64,000 bases of DNA from NCBI RefSeq assembly GCF_028641065.1, contig NC_073403.1:10540001-10604000 (forward strand), written 5' to 3'. The stretch comes from Leucoraja erinacea. Lineage: Eukaryota. Below are positions 26,040 to 39,192 of this stretch, in pieces; position 1 is the first letter of the stretch; each line of letters begins with the position of its first letter. The notes below the pieces were generated by a model, which was not told where the DNA came from, made no database searches, and was given only the letters and a program-made list of their open reading frames with translations. The position numbers were made by a program, and so were the translations under genes.

Positions 26040-29000
26040 ACTAAATGCAATGTTTTATTTTTCTACATTACATACATTTACTAATGCTAGAGCTACCACT
26101 GCAATTTTGTGGGATAGATTTCATTCCATTTCATTTAGTTGGAGCATTGAGTTCTCATGGGATTGTGGAACAATTTGCCAGGCGAGGTAAAAAAAATCAA
26201 AACGAACCACTGCCATTAAAAACAAGCTTCAATCAGAAAATCCTAATTTACTTAATATTCACCTAACTTTGTAAATGTTATACTACCATGCACTTGTTTT
26301 TCTAATTCTTAATTTAGATAAATTCTGAAGCAATTAAAGGAAAATGGAACCACCTGCACATTGACAAGGCACCCCATCACTGCAGTACAAACAGTTTTAT
26401 CTTCCTATCCAGTGAGAAGTGAGAAAGTTGATGAGGATGGCAAGTAAATGATAGAATAAGGCCACATGAAATGGAGCCAGGTTTCCAATTCTGTGTAAAG
26501 GGAAATGGACCATACATTTACACCACAAATTTATTAATAGGGTGCTAGTCAAGAACAGGAGACAATGAGAAAACAATGATAATCCGTAAAATTAATTGCT
26601 CGAAGACCAGAAAAAACCATGATCTTCAAAGTCTCCAAGAAATGTACAGATGCAAGACAGTGACGTGATACATGTAAATCTGGAAACTTACTTTGCATTA
26701 AATTGCAAATTTATAGATACTAGGTCCCACCTATAAAAGGCATTAAATATTAATATATATCACTTCAGACAAATAAAATACAGATAGGGTGAAGATTTGG
26801 AATGTGAATTATTGGACACTACCATAATGTTACAGCTTTTTGATGTCACAGCCTTGATACAGTCAATCGAGAATGTATGGTGTATTCTCTATTTGACTGG
26901 TTTCAAAAACTCATTACCATTGTTAGCCTGTTCAATAATAATATGTAGGCCATGACTCTCAGTGGTAGAAACTAATGAACTCAGATGTTGGTTTACAAGA
27001 AAGGACCTGCAGAGTTACTGCAGTACTTTGCATCCTCCTGCGTTGATTCATCACAACCAAGTTCCATTGGAGACAGCCATACAAGGCTAACTTTTGCGCC
27101 AACTATTCCCAGTATTCTATGCTGCACGAGTCCACATCGCTTCATGAAATCTGGACACTCTAGACACCTTTAGGGTAAGTTTTTTTTTTTTAATGCCTTC
27201 TTCAATGAAGCCAAACAAAAAAAAAAATGTAAATTTCACTGCCATTCCGTTATTCCCAAATATAATCACTTGTTATAAATGATCTACATTAACTTTGCTA
27301 TTTTGGATTTATATATCAGAAGCTTTTATAATCTTCGTGTTTCTCACTGAAATACATACTATCCATTTTCAAGATGTCCCTTGTTAAGTTATGCACTGCG
27401 GCCAATTTCATGTTATCAACAGAAATTTTAATCTTTAGCTGGACCACTTTTTGTATTTTAAACTAACAGTAAACTGGTTTTCCATCTATCAGCTGAATTA
27501 TACTTCATGCATTCAAGCTAACTTTGTTTAGATTTAAGATGTTAAACTTTATGATATTTATACAAATTCTACATTGGCACCACCCTTCCCATAATGACCA
27601 AATTTATTTTACCAACTCATCGCATATTAGATCCAACACAGACCTTTTCCATCATTGGCTCTTTAATATGCTGATCTCGAAAATCATCTGTGATGCATTC
27701 CATTGGGTTTTAGATGGGACGAACACATTTGTGGTGGTGTAACGCAACTCAAGCCATACAATTGTAAAATGGTTGAAACTCTTGGGACTGCTGATTTCTT
27801 GACCTCCAAATGCAAGCTAGTTGACAGTGACAAAAATAATGTAATACGGTCAAATGCACCAAGTTTCTTGTGCAAATATTGGGGTTGTGTTCTGATAGAG
27901 ATTGATGTCCTCTGCACATTTAAAGAACCATGGTTTTATGCAGGAAACCACAGCTTACTTCAAACTGGTTTTGTTTATTGCAGGTTAACAGCGTTAGTAA
28001 AAGGAGGCTAGATACAATTTTTTTTGTTTTTAAAGTTGATAGTTTATTAGAAGTCATTGGCACTCATCTTTGGGGTACTAAACTACTAGTGCTTGGCTAC
28101 CAAAGTGTGCCTTACTTCCAGAATGTTAAGAGATGTTGCATAGTGGCATATACAAAGCCACATTTGATACCAATCGGATACAATCATTTGAAATCTACAG
28201 ATTGGAGATAGTGGTGCGATTAATGCAAACTTTACCAGCAACAGGACAAGCACCAACCCTCTTGTACTCAGCACAAAACATCCCAAACTAGACTAATTAC
28301 GGAAGCTGGTGAAAACAAAATATATTCACTGTCAGAGGACATTGGGTTTCATTATTACTACCAGTTTAAAGTCTTTTTCAAATTTATAACATTCCAAATC
28401 TGTCACATTAGCCCATTTCAAAAGAGCTGGCAGCAACATCTGAAGATGTCAAAAACATTCCAGTGTGCAATATTGTTCTTGAAGCATATACTCTTGACTT
28501 TCACCCTTATTCATTTGCAAAGGTTGTAAAGTTAATACTTCAATACACAAATGACATTGTCGTTTACCTGACATCACTTGTAATACTTTAAGTAATGCAA
28601 TTGCAATGGAGTTGATAATTAAGTTAGATTTCTTTATAGAACAAATACAAGCTGGAGTTAATTTATACCTCCCTCTATTTTTATTTGTCAAATTACAGAC
28701 TTGTTTTATTACAGACTGGTATCTCTCACACAGACAAACATGTTCTTTCACTGCCAACAGTGTTAGCACGACTGAACACCACAAATCCGAGCATTGTGTA
28801 AGATTGCAATTGCTAACATTAGGGACATCACATCACCTCCATGGACATTGAAATTTACAATTATTGCAAGATTTGAACAGAATTGTGCATAACACATGAA
28901 ACCAAAAAGAAAACTCCATGCTATCCGAACACAAAGAGGAAAAACAAAACAGCTATATTGGAAGGTGCTGTATGGACAATGGTTTACTGATTGAATACAA

Positions 29001-29497
29001 AGAAAACTTACATTACAAATACAGAGATCTTTTTCAAAATTCATAATTGTGATTTGGTCAAAACCACGAGCATTTAACCGCTGATTCCCCTTGTTAAATT
29101 AATTTGTTAATGTTTATTGGAGGGGTTGCATACTAAGTAGTTCTTTAGGCAGATTTTCACAAAGACACCTAATCTATTTTTTTTTTTTTAATATCTTCGC
29201 TCTCCAGAATAATATACAAGATTGTAGAGTCTGAAAATGAAGGAATTGCCAGGTAAAGTTGGCTCAAAGTAACTGGTGCATGCATCCGCCGCTGGAATTA
29301 GAAGGGAAGAGCTAAAGGTTGATATTAAGTGATTAAGACTTAAAATTTCATATGGAAAAAGTGTTGGTGAACTTCCTCCTGGATGATTGGAGTGGTGTGA
29401 AGAATCAATGCAGCGATCTGCAGCCGCTCTTGCGGTAAGTGCGAGTGGTAAAAGGGGATTCCGGTCGGGTTTTGTGAGGACACCTGCAATTACCAGC
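26040..29497 (-). other. RAB5C: Probable long RAB5C 3' UTR
   Basis: AT-rich stretch with no recognisable TE downstream of the stop codon; minus-strand AATAAA candidates at ~29113, ~26530 and ~26054. The end point is inferred. Confidence 0.5.
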
Positions 29498-29613
29498 TTA
29501 ATTACTGCAGCACTGGCTCCGATTTTGCGGACTGGTCTCCTGGAGGTCCACACCTCTGGTTCGGCCCGAGGTTCCACCTGCATTCTGAGGCTCGTTTTTC
29601 GGCAGCTTCTTGG
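29498..29613 (-). CDS. RAB5C: RAB5C last coding exon
   Basis: ag|CC AAG AAG...: (A)[37 protein letters not shown]; CCXX prenylation motif; 116 nt. Confidence 0.96.
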
Positions 29614-30842
29614 CTATATCAAAAAGTTTAATTAAAAAAAGTTACTGCAAAATTTATTTTGCACAATTTGAGCAATTATAGATCTAAATTTCAGTAGCTA
29701 TCATTTAATGAGAAACAGTACTCCCACCCACAATTTGGAGATAACACCAAGAAACAGATTAAATATAGACTCATGGTTGTGTATCGTTTCTATTTTGTCC
29801 ATGAAGCAGCAAACCCATTCTGCCCTGGATATCCATTCTGCCCTGGAGATGTCCTCCTGTGGTGGGTGCTCCACCAACCCCGGTATATTTATATATAATG
29901 CCCACAGGCCTTTTCCGGGTGAAATTCTTGAAAGTTAAAAAACCCCCCAAAAAAACATGCAGATGTTAGAAATCTGAAAACAAAAATGTAGGAAACACTC
30001 TGGAGGTCAATCAGCATTTGTGGAAATAGACAGTTAACATTGGAGAATTTGGTCGGCTTCCGAATTGACTAAAACATTTGCAAGGACAGGCCAAAGTTCC
30101 GATGAATGGTCTTCAACCTGAAATATTAACTGTTTCTTTCCACAGGTGCTGCCTGACCTGTTGAATTTTCCAGAATGAAGTTTTTATTATAAACAGTCGA
30201 GGCTGGAATAGGGATGGCTAAAGAATGGGGATCTCTAATTATAGGAAATGGCATGTTTAGGCCAGGCTTGTATTTATTGCCAAGTACTAATCACTCAAGA
30301 TGGTGATGGCAATGGGAGATAAATATTTTACTTGCAAATTTCCTTTCATATTTTCCCACCAATATCTTTTTTCTTCAATCAACCCAAGGACGACTGGTGC
30401 AACGATCGCATATTCATAGCCAAATCATTATCATTATTTTTCTTTTTTTTTTTAAACGGATTACGTTATCTGGATAGCTTAGGAACGGATTTTACGAGTA
30501 CGACATAAATACACAGAAACGCTTAATACCAGCATGTAACATCTAAAGGAACGATTTAATATTTGTCTTAAGACAGAAACAATATCCTGGTAATGATGCA
30601 ACAAGATAGGGATATAGCCCTGTGATTTCACATCAGTCTGCTATGATCACAAAAATAACATTTAGTGCGAGTGGTAGTAACTTACCATTTAAAATTAGAT
30701 AAAACCGAAATTATGCTGTCACTATGAGCACAAACTCAAACCAAATTGATTCCTCATAGCAGATATAAAAAACTAGTTGCAAGCAACTCAACTGACGGAA
30801 GATAAGAAACCACATTTAAAAGAATCAAGAATAGCCACATAC

Positions 30843-30936
30843 CTATGGCCATAAATATTTCATTCACATTCATTGCAGTCTTTGCTGATGTCTCCATGAA
30901 CAGCAAGCTGTTGTCTTCTGCATATGCTTGTGCTTC
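30843..30936 (-). CDS. RAB5C: RAB5C coding exon 4
   Basis: cag|[31 protein letters not shown]|gtatgt; 94 nt; ETSAK G5 motif. Confidence 0.96.
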
Positions 30937-31141
30937 CTGAATGAGAAAACAACTTAAATTCTAAATAGCAAAGTCCAAACATCTGCAGTACACACATCCA
31001 AAATGCAGAGACAATTTCAGTAAGAATTGTGCTTTTATATAACTGGTTTGGACTAGTCTTCTCTCTCGGGAGGGAAGGAGTTGGGAAAAATGGTTGTGGC
31101 AGTAGCTGAAATACCAAATGCAATTTTCCACAGTAACCTAC

Positions 31142-31264
31142 CTGAAATTCCACTGCTCGCTTATTTGCAAGGTCAGCCTTGTTCCCAGCTAATGCAATCA
31201 CTATATTCGGACTGGCTTGTCGCTGTAGTTCCTTTACCCAGTTCTTCGCCCGTGCAAATGTGTC
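31142..31264 (-). CDS. RAB5C: RAB5C coding exon 3
   Basis: aag|[41 protein letters not shown]|gtaggt; 123 nt; NKxD G4 motif. Confidence 0.96.
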
Positions 31265-32169
31265 CTTCAAAATCAAACGTTAAATTCAATTGAGTAGGAC
31301 TGAAGGCCGACATCATTTTTCATCCATATCAATGGCTTTTTAGGGGAAGTGGTACACTACTGGCCAATCTGCACACGTCAATTTAGATGATTGGAAAATG
31401 ACATTTCAATTAATGATGCTCTTTCAATCTGTGTTCCATTGCAGGACTATGTTTACTGCTACACAACTGCTCGACATAAAGTACACCTGTGCAACTAAAC
31501 CCGACTTAACCAAGGAAAAGTGGTCGTAATCTAAATTAGACAAGTGCAGGCACACAAATATGCCAAGTTGCAAAAATGTTTGACTGGGGAAAGGAACAAG
31601 CAGGTACAGCTCGAGACGTTAGCCTCAGGTACTGATTGGAACTTTACAACATTGCCAAAGATTTTATTTAGCGCAGTGCTCTAGGTCAGTGCAGACCTAG
31701 CGGCCAGAGGGTCTGTTTCCAAGCTGTATCTTTGACTAATACATTGCATGTTTTAAAAGTCAATTAAGCATGCAAAAAATACAATGATTGCCATACCTAA
31801 ATTTGAGATTCAAGCACCAGTATCAATTTATAATTTATTGATGTCATGATAAAATGGGTAATATGTGTCTGTGGTGAGAGGGACATCATGCAGTATTGTG
31901 CAAGGCAAAACCAACCACAAACAAGAACAAACTTTCACATTTTTGTACTTCGACTGCTTTTGTTGTGTTTTAAGGCCCTCCAAGAATCTTAAAACCAATG
32001 CTTTTAATTACGTTAATAAGGAGTGTGCACCATCACTGAAGGTACTTGCTACATGTGTCAATCTGGAGAGGCTCAATGCCTGCTTCAGTGAAGTGGATGG
32101 CTTCTGTTTAAAGGGCAAGAACAGACATATAGAATGTAAAAGCAAAACTAAGCAAGAGGAATTACTTAC

Positions 32170-32321
32170 TGTGTTGGTTATATCATAGACCACAATGGCA
32201 GCTTGCGCCCCCCTGTAGTACATTGGTGCCAAGCTGTGATACCTCTCTTGTCCAGCAGTATCCCAAATCTCAAATTTAACAGTTGTGTCATCCAAACAGA
32301 CTGTCTGCGTTAGAAAGGCAG
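32170..32321 (-). CDS. RAB5C: RAB5C coding exon 2
   Basis: cag|(A)[50 protein letters not shown]|gtaagt; 152 nt; WDTAGQE G3 motif. Confidence 0.97.
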
Positions 32322-33449
32322 CTGAAAGTGAAAATTGACACTCATTTCAGCTATGAGAGAAAAAAATCAAACTTATGCTATTTGTTCAATCTCAAACAAA
32401 TTTGAAAAGTTCACATGTAAAATTATCCCTATTCTGCCATGTGCCCTCAAAAATCATAATGCTTTGTTAATATTATGAAACCTGAGCGATATACTAGAAG
32501 GCCTTCAGTACATGAACTGGCCCAGTCCTACTCATGGTCATTGGATCATTTCAGCCTGTGGATATGGGATCGTACTCAAGAAATGGGGTATTGCCTCCAT
32601 TTGCATTGAGCAACCAATGAATATTTAAAAAACGGAACAAAATGTCTGTTATTTCATCTTCATGCACGGGAGGTCTTACTTACAAATGATTATGTCTATT
32701 CCCAATTACCCCAAAATGTTTAAAGTGTTTTGGAATCTTATTTCATCTATTTTTAAATACCATAGGCTAAATTGCAGATTTGTACACTTTTCTCTCCTCA
32801 AAGTTGAATTCTTAAATTTATCACTGGAGTGAACATGCTGACAAATTTCCACACTCCAAAGACAGAGTTGTGAGCAATTGCAGAACATTCCATCAAAGCA
32901 ATTTCACAATTAAAAATCTACTATAACCGGTCATAATTTTATCTCAAAGTACGAGGTCAATTTTCCCAATTACCGATTTCACTAAATGTTACGGCAATGA
33001 TTCTGCTTTAAAAGTAGTTATATACCAAGATCTGTACCACATTGTGTGCTTTAATACTACCTGCTGTTTTCAAGTTCAATGAACTGAAGCAACTTATGGG
33101 AAAAACACCCAATATAAAACAGGATTTGAACGGATTAGTTTGAATTGTGCTTACGCCCCATGTACAAGAATAAATAATGAAAGTTCACAAATTCTTAAGT
33201 CTTTCTCTGCCAAAATTGAAATAAAAGGAAAACAATGAACAGAATCTTGGCAGTCTGAAGAAAACTCGAAACAGCATAATTTAGTCAGACAAAAATAAGC
33301 CATCTGGGAACAGAAAGTTTAAGGTTTATGCCTTCTACGGTGGATTTTGTAGAACTTATGTAATTTAAAAAAAAATGGCCATATGTGCTTATTTGTTTGA
33401 AAGTCTATTCTACATCTCACTTTACTTGGAATCTCAGCTGTAGAACTCA

Positions 33450-33826
33450 ACAATTCAGTAATCAGAGACATCATGATGGTGATTCACAAGTTAAATATTG
33501 GACTAGTAATCCAGACACCTGGACCAACAACTTCCACCATAGAAGCCAAGGAATTAAATTTCTGATAATTAACTAAACTTATAAAAGCTAATCTTAGTAA
33601 TGACAGCCATAAAACCATCGGAGCGTTCCAAAACCCCCCTCAAGTTTACCAATGATCTTTATCGAAGTCAATCCATCTTCCATACCCAGAATGGTATAAG
33701 TGACTTCAGACCCACCAATGTGGCTGACCCATAAACATCCTCTGAAATGGCCTCGCTTGTCACTCAGCACAATGGCACTTAGGGATGGGCCATAAATGCC
33801 GGTCTCGTCAGTGACACCCAGATCTC
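33450..33826 (+). mobile_element. Ancient DeuSINE-like SINE remnant
   Basis: gacttcagacccaccaatgtggctgac...cctctgaaatggcct...cactcag and ataaatgccggtctcgtcagtgacacccagatc resemble, from memory, the Deu core and 3' end of SacSINE1/AmnSINE-type elements. Confidence 0.45.
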
Positions 33827-35117
33827 AACAAAAAACTAATGATAAGTTTTGTTCCTCTCCACCACAAGTTCCTCTCAACCTATCAATCCATCCACTCAGG
33901 AACATGATCCAATATCACCACTTGAATTCCCATTGTATCCTCGCTTGTTCTTATTAATCAGTCATTAAAATTATGGTTATTCATCATATTGTTTTTGCGT
34001 TGGAGCGTTTGCCAAAATCCCCCAACTTCAGAACAGTGCTGTTGGTATTGGAAGTACAAAAAGTGGAGCATTCCTCAGGTGCCTCTAACTTATATAAATA
34101 TCTTTTTATCCAGGATGGGGGTAATCCTTTTTCATTTGGTTGTGCAGGATGCGCTATTCTTGATAAACACTGCACAGCAAGTTTGATGTAGACATTTGTA
34201 TACCCTGTGTATTCAGATAAACACAGCTTGTTCTGATACCACAACCCTGAAGGAATATTACCCTTTAACACTGATCTGCTGCAATTTATCCAAGACAAAA
34301 GGAAACTTGAATGGAGCTGCAAAATTTATGTTCCTACCCTCATGACAAATAAAGAAATTATAACTAAGTCTCCATTTCACACTATGGAAGCAATAAAACA
34401 CAATTGCTCACTGAATAGTTATCTCTGGTGCTTCCTTTGATGTTTAGAAGCCATTCCCAAATCTGCTGAGGGTTAAACTGATTTACACAGGCTTATTACT
34501 AAAAACTCATTATGAAACATCAAATTAGAAATGCAAATTCAGGTGCTATACAATTTGAAGACAGAATCGGAACTTGGGGCCTTTAGATTGGCATGGATAC
34601 ACAGGGAATGGATATGGATCATGTGCAGGAGATGAGTTTAATGTATCTTATCATGTTTGGTATCAACACTGGGCCAAAGGGTCTATTCTGATGCTGTACT
34701 GTCTACGTTAAGTGTAGAATGTTGCCTTCCACTCCTTTGCTTTGACGCAGAAAGGAGCAGTATTATGGTGCAGCGTCATATCTGGTTTAACAAATGTGAT
34801 AAGCTGTGCAGAACAATGTAAACTACCAAGCTACTTTCAGCAGTGACAAAGATCCTTCGTAGCTTACTTAACATAAACAAATGCTTAATTTATGCAGACA
34901 GCACTATTCATGTATTCATGAAAGCACAACATTATCTACGTGGAGAAGTTGAAATTCCATCAAGTTGAAACCAAAGGGGAAAACAGCTCAGCATGGAATA
35001 CTCATTACAATCACTACCTACACTGTTTCAAAAAGCCATGGCTGGCGAACCAATTAATGGTTAAATAACATTAAAACCAGAGCTAGTTTACCAACAGAAT
35101 CAAAGTCAATCACTTAC

Positions 35118-35283
35118 CTCCAATTGTGCTTTCTTGGTATTCATGGAACTGTCCTTTCACAAAGCGCAAAACGAGACTGGATTTGCCCACTGCTGACTCG
35201 CCCAGGAGCACCAATTTAAACTGACAGATTTTGTTCCCAGCGGCTGGTCCATTGGATCGAGCCGCGTTACCCCGACCCGTCAT
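35118..35283 (-). CDS. RAB5C: RAB5C first coding exon (exon 2 runs to the acceptor at 35382)
   Basis: [55 protein letters not shown]|gtaagt; 166 nt. The N-terminus and HEYQE match the RAB5C paralogue. The five exons sum to 651 nt = 216 aa + stop. Confidence 0.97.
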
Positions 35284-35679
35284 GGCCTAAAGTGCAGAGG
35301 CTTGAAGAAACGTTCCAAGTTTCAACAGCAGAAGTGATGCGTCAAGGCTGAGACTTCAGAGGCCGCTATCAGCAAGTTCGAACTGCAAAACATATCAAAT
35401 TAATCTTGCATGATAGATTAAGAATTTGTTGTAGAGTCAAATTTCACGTGCACTAAATGCATAAAAATTATAGCTTTAGAACAAAAACCTCAATTGTTTG
35501 AGATCAGCCAAATATTTTTCTAAGCACTTTGAGAAAGAAAGTGCTTAGAAAAATGTGCTTTTCATGTGCTAAATAAATCCAAGATTTAAGAATTTGAGTT
35601 GCATTGTGAGAGAAATCTAATGTTATTCATTATTACATTACTCCCTGGTCATATTTTCAGTTGATTTGAAACAATACAC

Positions 35680-35772
35680 TACAGGGAGAATGTCCAACTC
35701 CATTCAGACAGCACCTGTAGTCGAGATCGAACCAGGGTCTGTAAGGCAGCAACTCTACCGCTGCACCACCGT
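35680..35772 (-). mobile_element. tRNA-derived SINE fragment
   Basis: Minus strand cacggtggtgcagcggtagagttgctgcc...ggttcgatctcgact (A and B boxes); same family at 48180-48478. Confidence 0.65.
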
Positions 35773-37779
35773 GAACGTTCAAGAGGTTTTTAGATAGGCA
35801 CATGCAGGAATTGGAGGGATATGGGTCACGTGCAGGCAGAGGAGATTAACTTAGCATCGTGTTCAGCACAGACATTGTGGACTGAAGGGCCTGTTCCGGC
35901 ACGGTACTGTACTTTATTCAATGAAACAGTGCAGGTTTTTCCAATCCTTGAACTCTGAAATTAAATGCCCTGCTAAGGTCTTTGAGTCTCCTGAACCAAC
36001 TTTTACGAAATAGAACCACGCCAAGGAATACAAACAGCACAAATGATTAAAGGTCCAGTGCAAAAGAAGTCTAATATTGGCAAGCTTCAGGTGGAACTTG
36101 AAGAAATTATCAAATACGGCAACTTTTTTGATTTATTGTCCTCTTCCAAATTGTCACTCATCGTGGCACAGAAGCCATTTTATATAGCTAGATTCTACGT
36201 CAAATGGCCAATCTGTGTTCACGTCAAGAATGAATACTTGCCAGGATTTCGCCGAATAGTGCTAGCACATCATGAAATACATCTGCTCCAATGCATCTAA
36301 AAAACACAGCTCTTAAACAGAATACACCATAGAATTACTTGAACTCATTGTTTATACCTCCTAATCTTTTGGATAATGTCAAGTGTGTCCACAAAGCTGG
36401 TACTAGGACCAAACAATACCAGTGAATTCAAAATTCCCACAGAATTCTAGTTATGCAGCACCCAAGATAGACACAAAAAACTGGAGTAACTCAGCGGGAC
36501 AGGCAGCATCTCTGGAGAGAAGGAATGGGTAACGTTTCGGGTTGAGACACTTCTTCAGACCAATATAGATTCCATGTACGTAATGTATACATACAAACAC
36601 CAGGCAAATAAAATGTTACAGGTAACGGATTGTATCTTGGGATATATTATTATACTAAAGACGCCATACAAAAGTAAAAGCTGTTCTTAATCATAGATAT
36701 AATTTTCATCATTAACCAACTATGGCCAATTGATATTCACAAAAAGCTGTAGTCCCCCATTCCTTCTCTCCAGAGATGCTGTCTGCCTCGCTGAGTTACT
36801 CCAGCTTTTTGTGTCTATATTCAGTTTAAACAGGCATCTGCAGTTCCTTCTTACACAATGGCCAATAGATGCTCATTTCAAAAGGATATCTGCTGATAAA
36901 TTATAACAAAGTATCCCAGACTAGATGAAGAGAAAATTTAGGTATTAGAAGAGGTAGGCAGAGATTAAGATGGAGAAGCTGCAAAATAAAAGTATTAAGG
37001 AAATAACTTTACATTTCAAATTGCAGTTGAAGGCTACATTTTGTAATGGCAATCAGAAGACCACGATTGTGTAAGAGCACAAAGCAGACAAAACTTCTGA
37101 GACAGATGAGAGATAAGCATGCCTAACCATATTTCAAAGGAAAACACCAGAGATATTAACTAGGATGAGAGTTTCATTCTTTCAAACAGTTGCCTTTACA
37201 GCATCACTCATCTGCACCAGTTTTCTCGTGGAAAATAAAATTCAAAAAGTTAATTGGGATTAACATTTTCTCAATTGACTTGACATTTACAAGTGGTTCT
37301 GATGAGATTAATTACCTATGCATAACCACTTTAACCGTGAAGAGCAGCTTTTTCTGCCACACTTAATTAAAACCAGCCCAGAGCCAAATTACGTAAACAT
37401 TTACACAGGCCAGTCAGGTTCAAAATGTTATGTGAATATGTTTTTAATAGCTTATTAATGAATATTCAGAAAGCAAAACTGACAAGAAATCACTGGACAT
37501 CTCTTTTGGAAACTATAACTTCTACCCCCAACATAAGTGGATATACGTCTGACTTCACCCAGCTAGATGCAAAATAATCTCAAACATTGGTTGTTTTCAA
37601 CATGCATATTACATGTCGTTGGAAAGTCCCTTGCCTGAATAAAAAACATTTTGCAAAATTTTGCCATGTTGACAATACTTGGTCTGAAAGGGGCTCAGAA
37701 CATAGAACAGTGCAGCACAAAAACAGGCCCTTCGGCCCATGTCTGTGCCAAACATACCGCCAAGACCATCACTTATTTA

Positions 37780-39192
37780 CAATGCCCTCCATAATGTTTG
37801 GGACAAAGACCCATTACTTACTTATTTGCCTTTGTACTCCGCACTTTGAGATTTGTAATAAGAAAAAACAAAAAAAAAATCACATGTGGTTAAAGAGCAC
37901 AAAGCCAAGACTGCTTGAAGTCTGCGATTCTTGGACATCACCAGTTGCGGGGTGTCTTCTCTGGTGAAGCTCTGCCAGGCCTGTATGGCAGCCATCTTTG
38001 TGTTGGGGGCTAGTCCTCTTCAGTTTTCTCTTCAGCATATAAAAGGCATGCTCAATTGAGTTCAGATCGGGTGATTAACTTGGCCACTCAAGAATTTAGC
38101 ATTTTTTAGCTTTGAAAAACTCCTTTGTTGCTCTAGCAGTATGTTTGGGATCATTGTCTTGCTGTAGAATAAACTCCTGGCCAATGGGTTTTGAGGCGTT
38201 TGTTTGAACTTGAGCAGATAGGATGTGTCTACACACTTCAGAATTCATTATGCTACTATCATCAGCAGTTGTATCATCAATGAAGATAAGCGAGCCAGTA
38301 CCTTCAGCAGCCATACATACCACAGCCGTAACACCCCCACCACCGTGATTCACAGATGAGGTGGTATGCTTTGGATCTTGGGCAGTTCTTTCTCTCTTCC
38401 ATACTTTGCTCTTGCCATCACTCTGATATAAGTTAATCTTTGTCTCCTCTGTTCACAAGACCTTTTTCCAGAACGGTGGTTGCTCTTTTAAGCACTTCTT
38501 GGCAAACTAACCTGACCATCCCATTTTTGGCAGCTAACCAGTGGTTTGCATCTTGCAGTGTTGCCTCTGTATTTCTGTGCATGGAGTATTCGGTCTTCCT
38601 GAAGAGTGTTTCTGATCTGTCGGACAGGTGTTGGGGATTTTTCTTTATTAGAGAAAATTCTTCTGTCATCAGCTGTGAAGGTCTTCCTTGGCCTGCTAGT
38701 GCGCTCTTTCTTCTTAATGATGTTCCAAACAGTTGATTTTGGTAAGCCTAAGGTTTGGCTGATGTCTCTATAACAGCTTTATTCTTGGTTCTCAGTCTCA
38801 TAATGGCTTTGTTGACTTTCATTGGCGCCTCATGTTGATAAGCAGCAATAAAAGTTTCCAAAGACGATGGGACGACTGGACAAAATATTAAGTGCTGAGA
38901 GCTCTCGTATACCTGCATTAAGGAGGCAATTAAACACGCCTGAGCAATTACAAATACCTGTGAAGCCATGTCCCCCAAACATTACGGTGCCCTGAAATGT
39001 GGGAACTATGTGTAAACACTGCTGTAATTTCTACATGGTGAAACCAAAATGTATAAAAATTGCCTTTATTAAAATCTGACAATGTGCACTTTAACCACAT
39101 GTGATCTTTTCTATTACAAATCTCAAATTGTGGAGCACAGAGGCAAGCAAATAAATGATGGGTTTTTGTCCTAAACTTTATGGAGGGCACTG
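37780..39192 (-). mobile_element. Tc1/mariner copy B (same family as copy A), nested in a CR1 3' end (37698-39610)
   Basis: TA|CAATGCCCTCCATAAT...TTATGGAGGGCACTG|TA; transposase remnant HGGGGV..., FILQQDNDPKHTARATKEFF; deletion in the left TIR region. Confidence 0.92.

Noticed and set aside
30860-32295. Track ORFs 30860-31276 and 32008-32295 as separate small GTPases
   Set aside because: They are RAB5C exons read through into introns; canonical splice sites give one 216-aa protein.
35680-35772. tRNA gene (also 48400-48478)
   Set aside because: A and B boxes are present but there is no cloverleaf, and the sequence continues into a SINE body.
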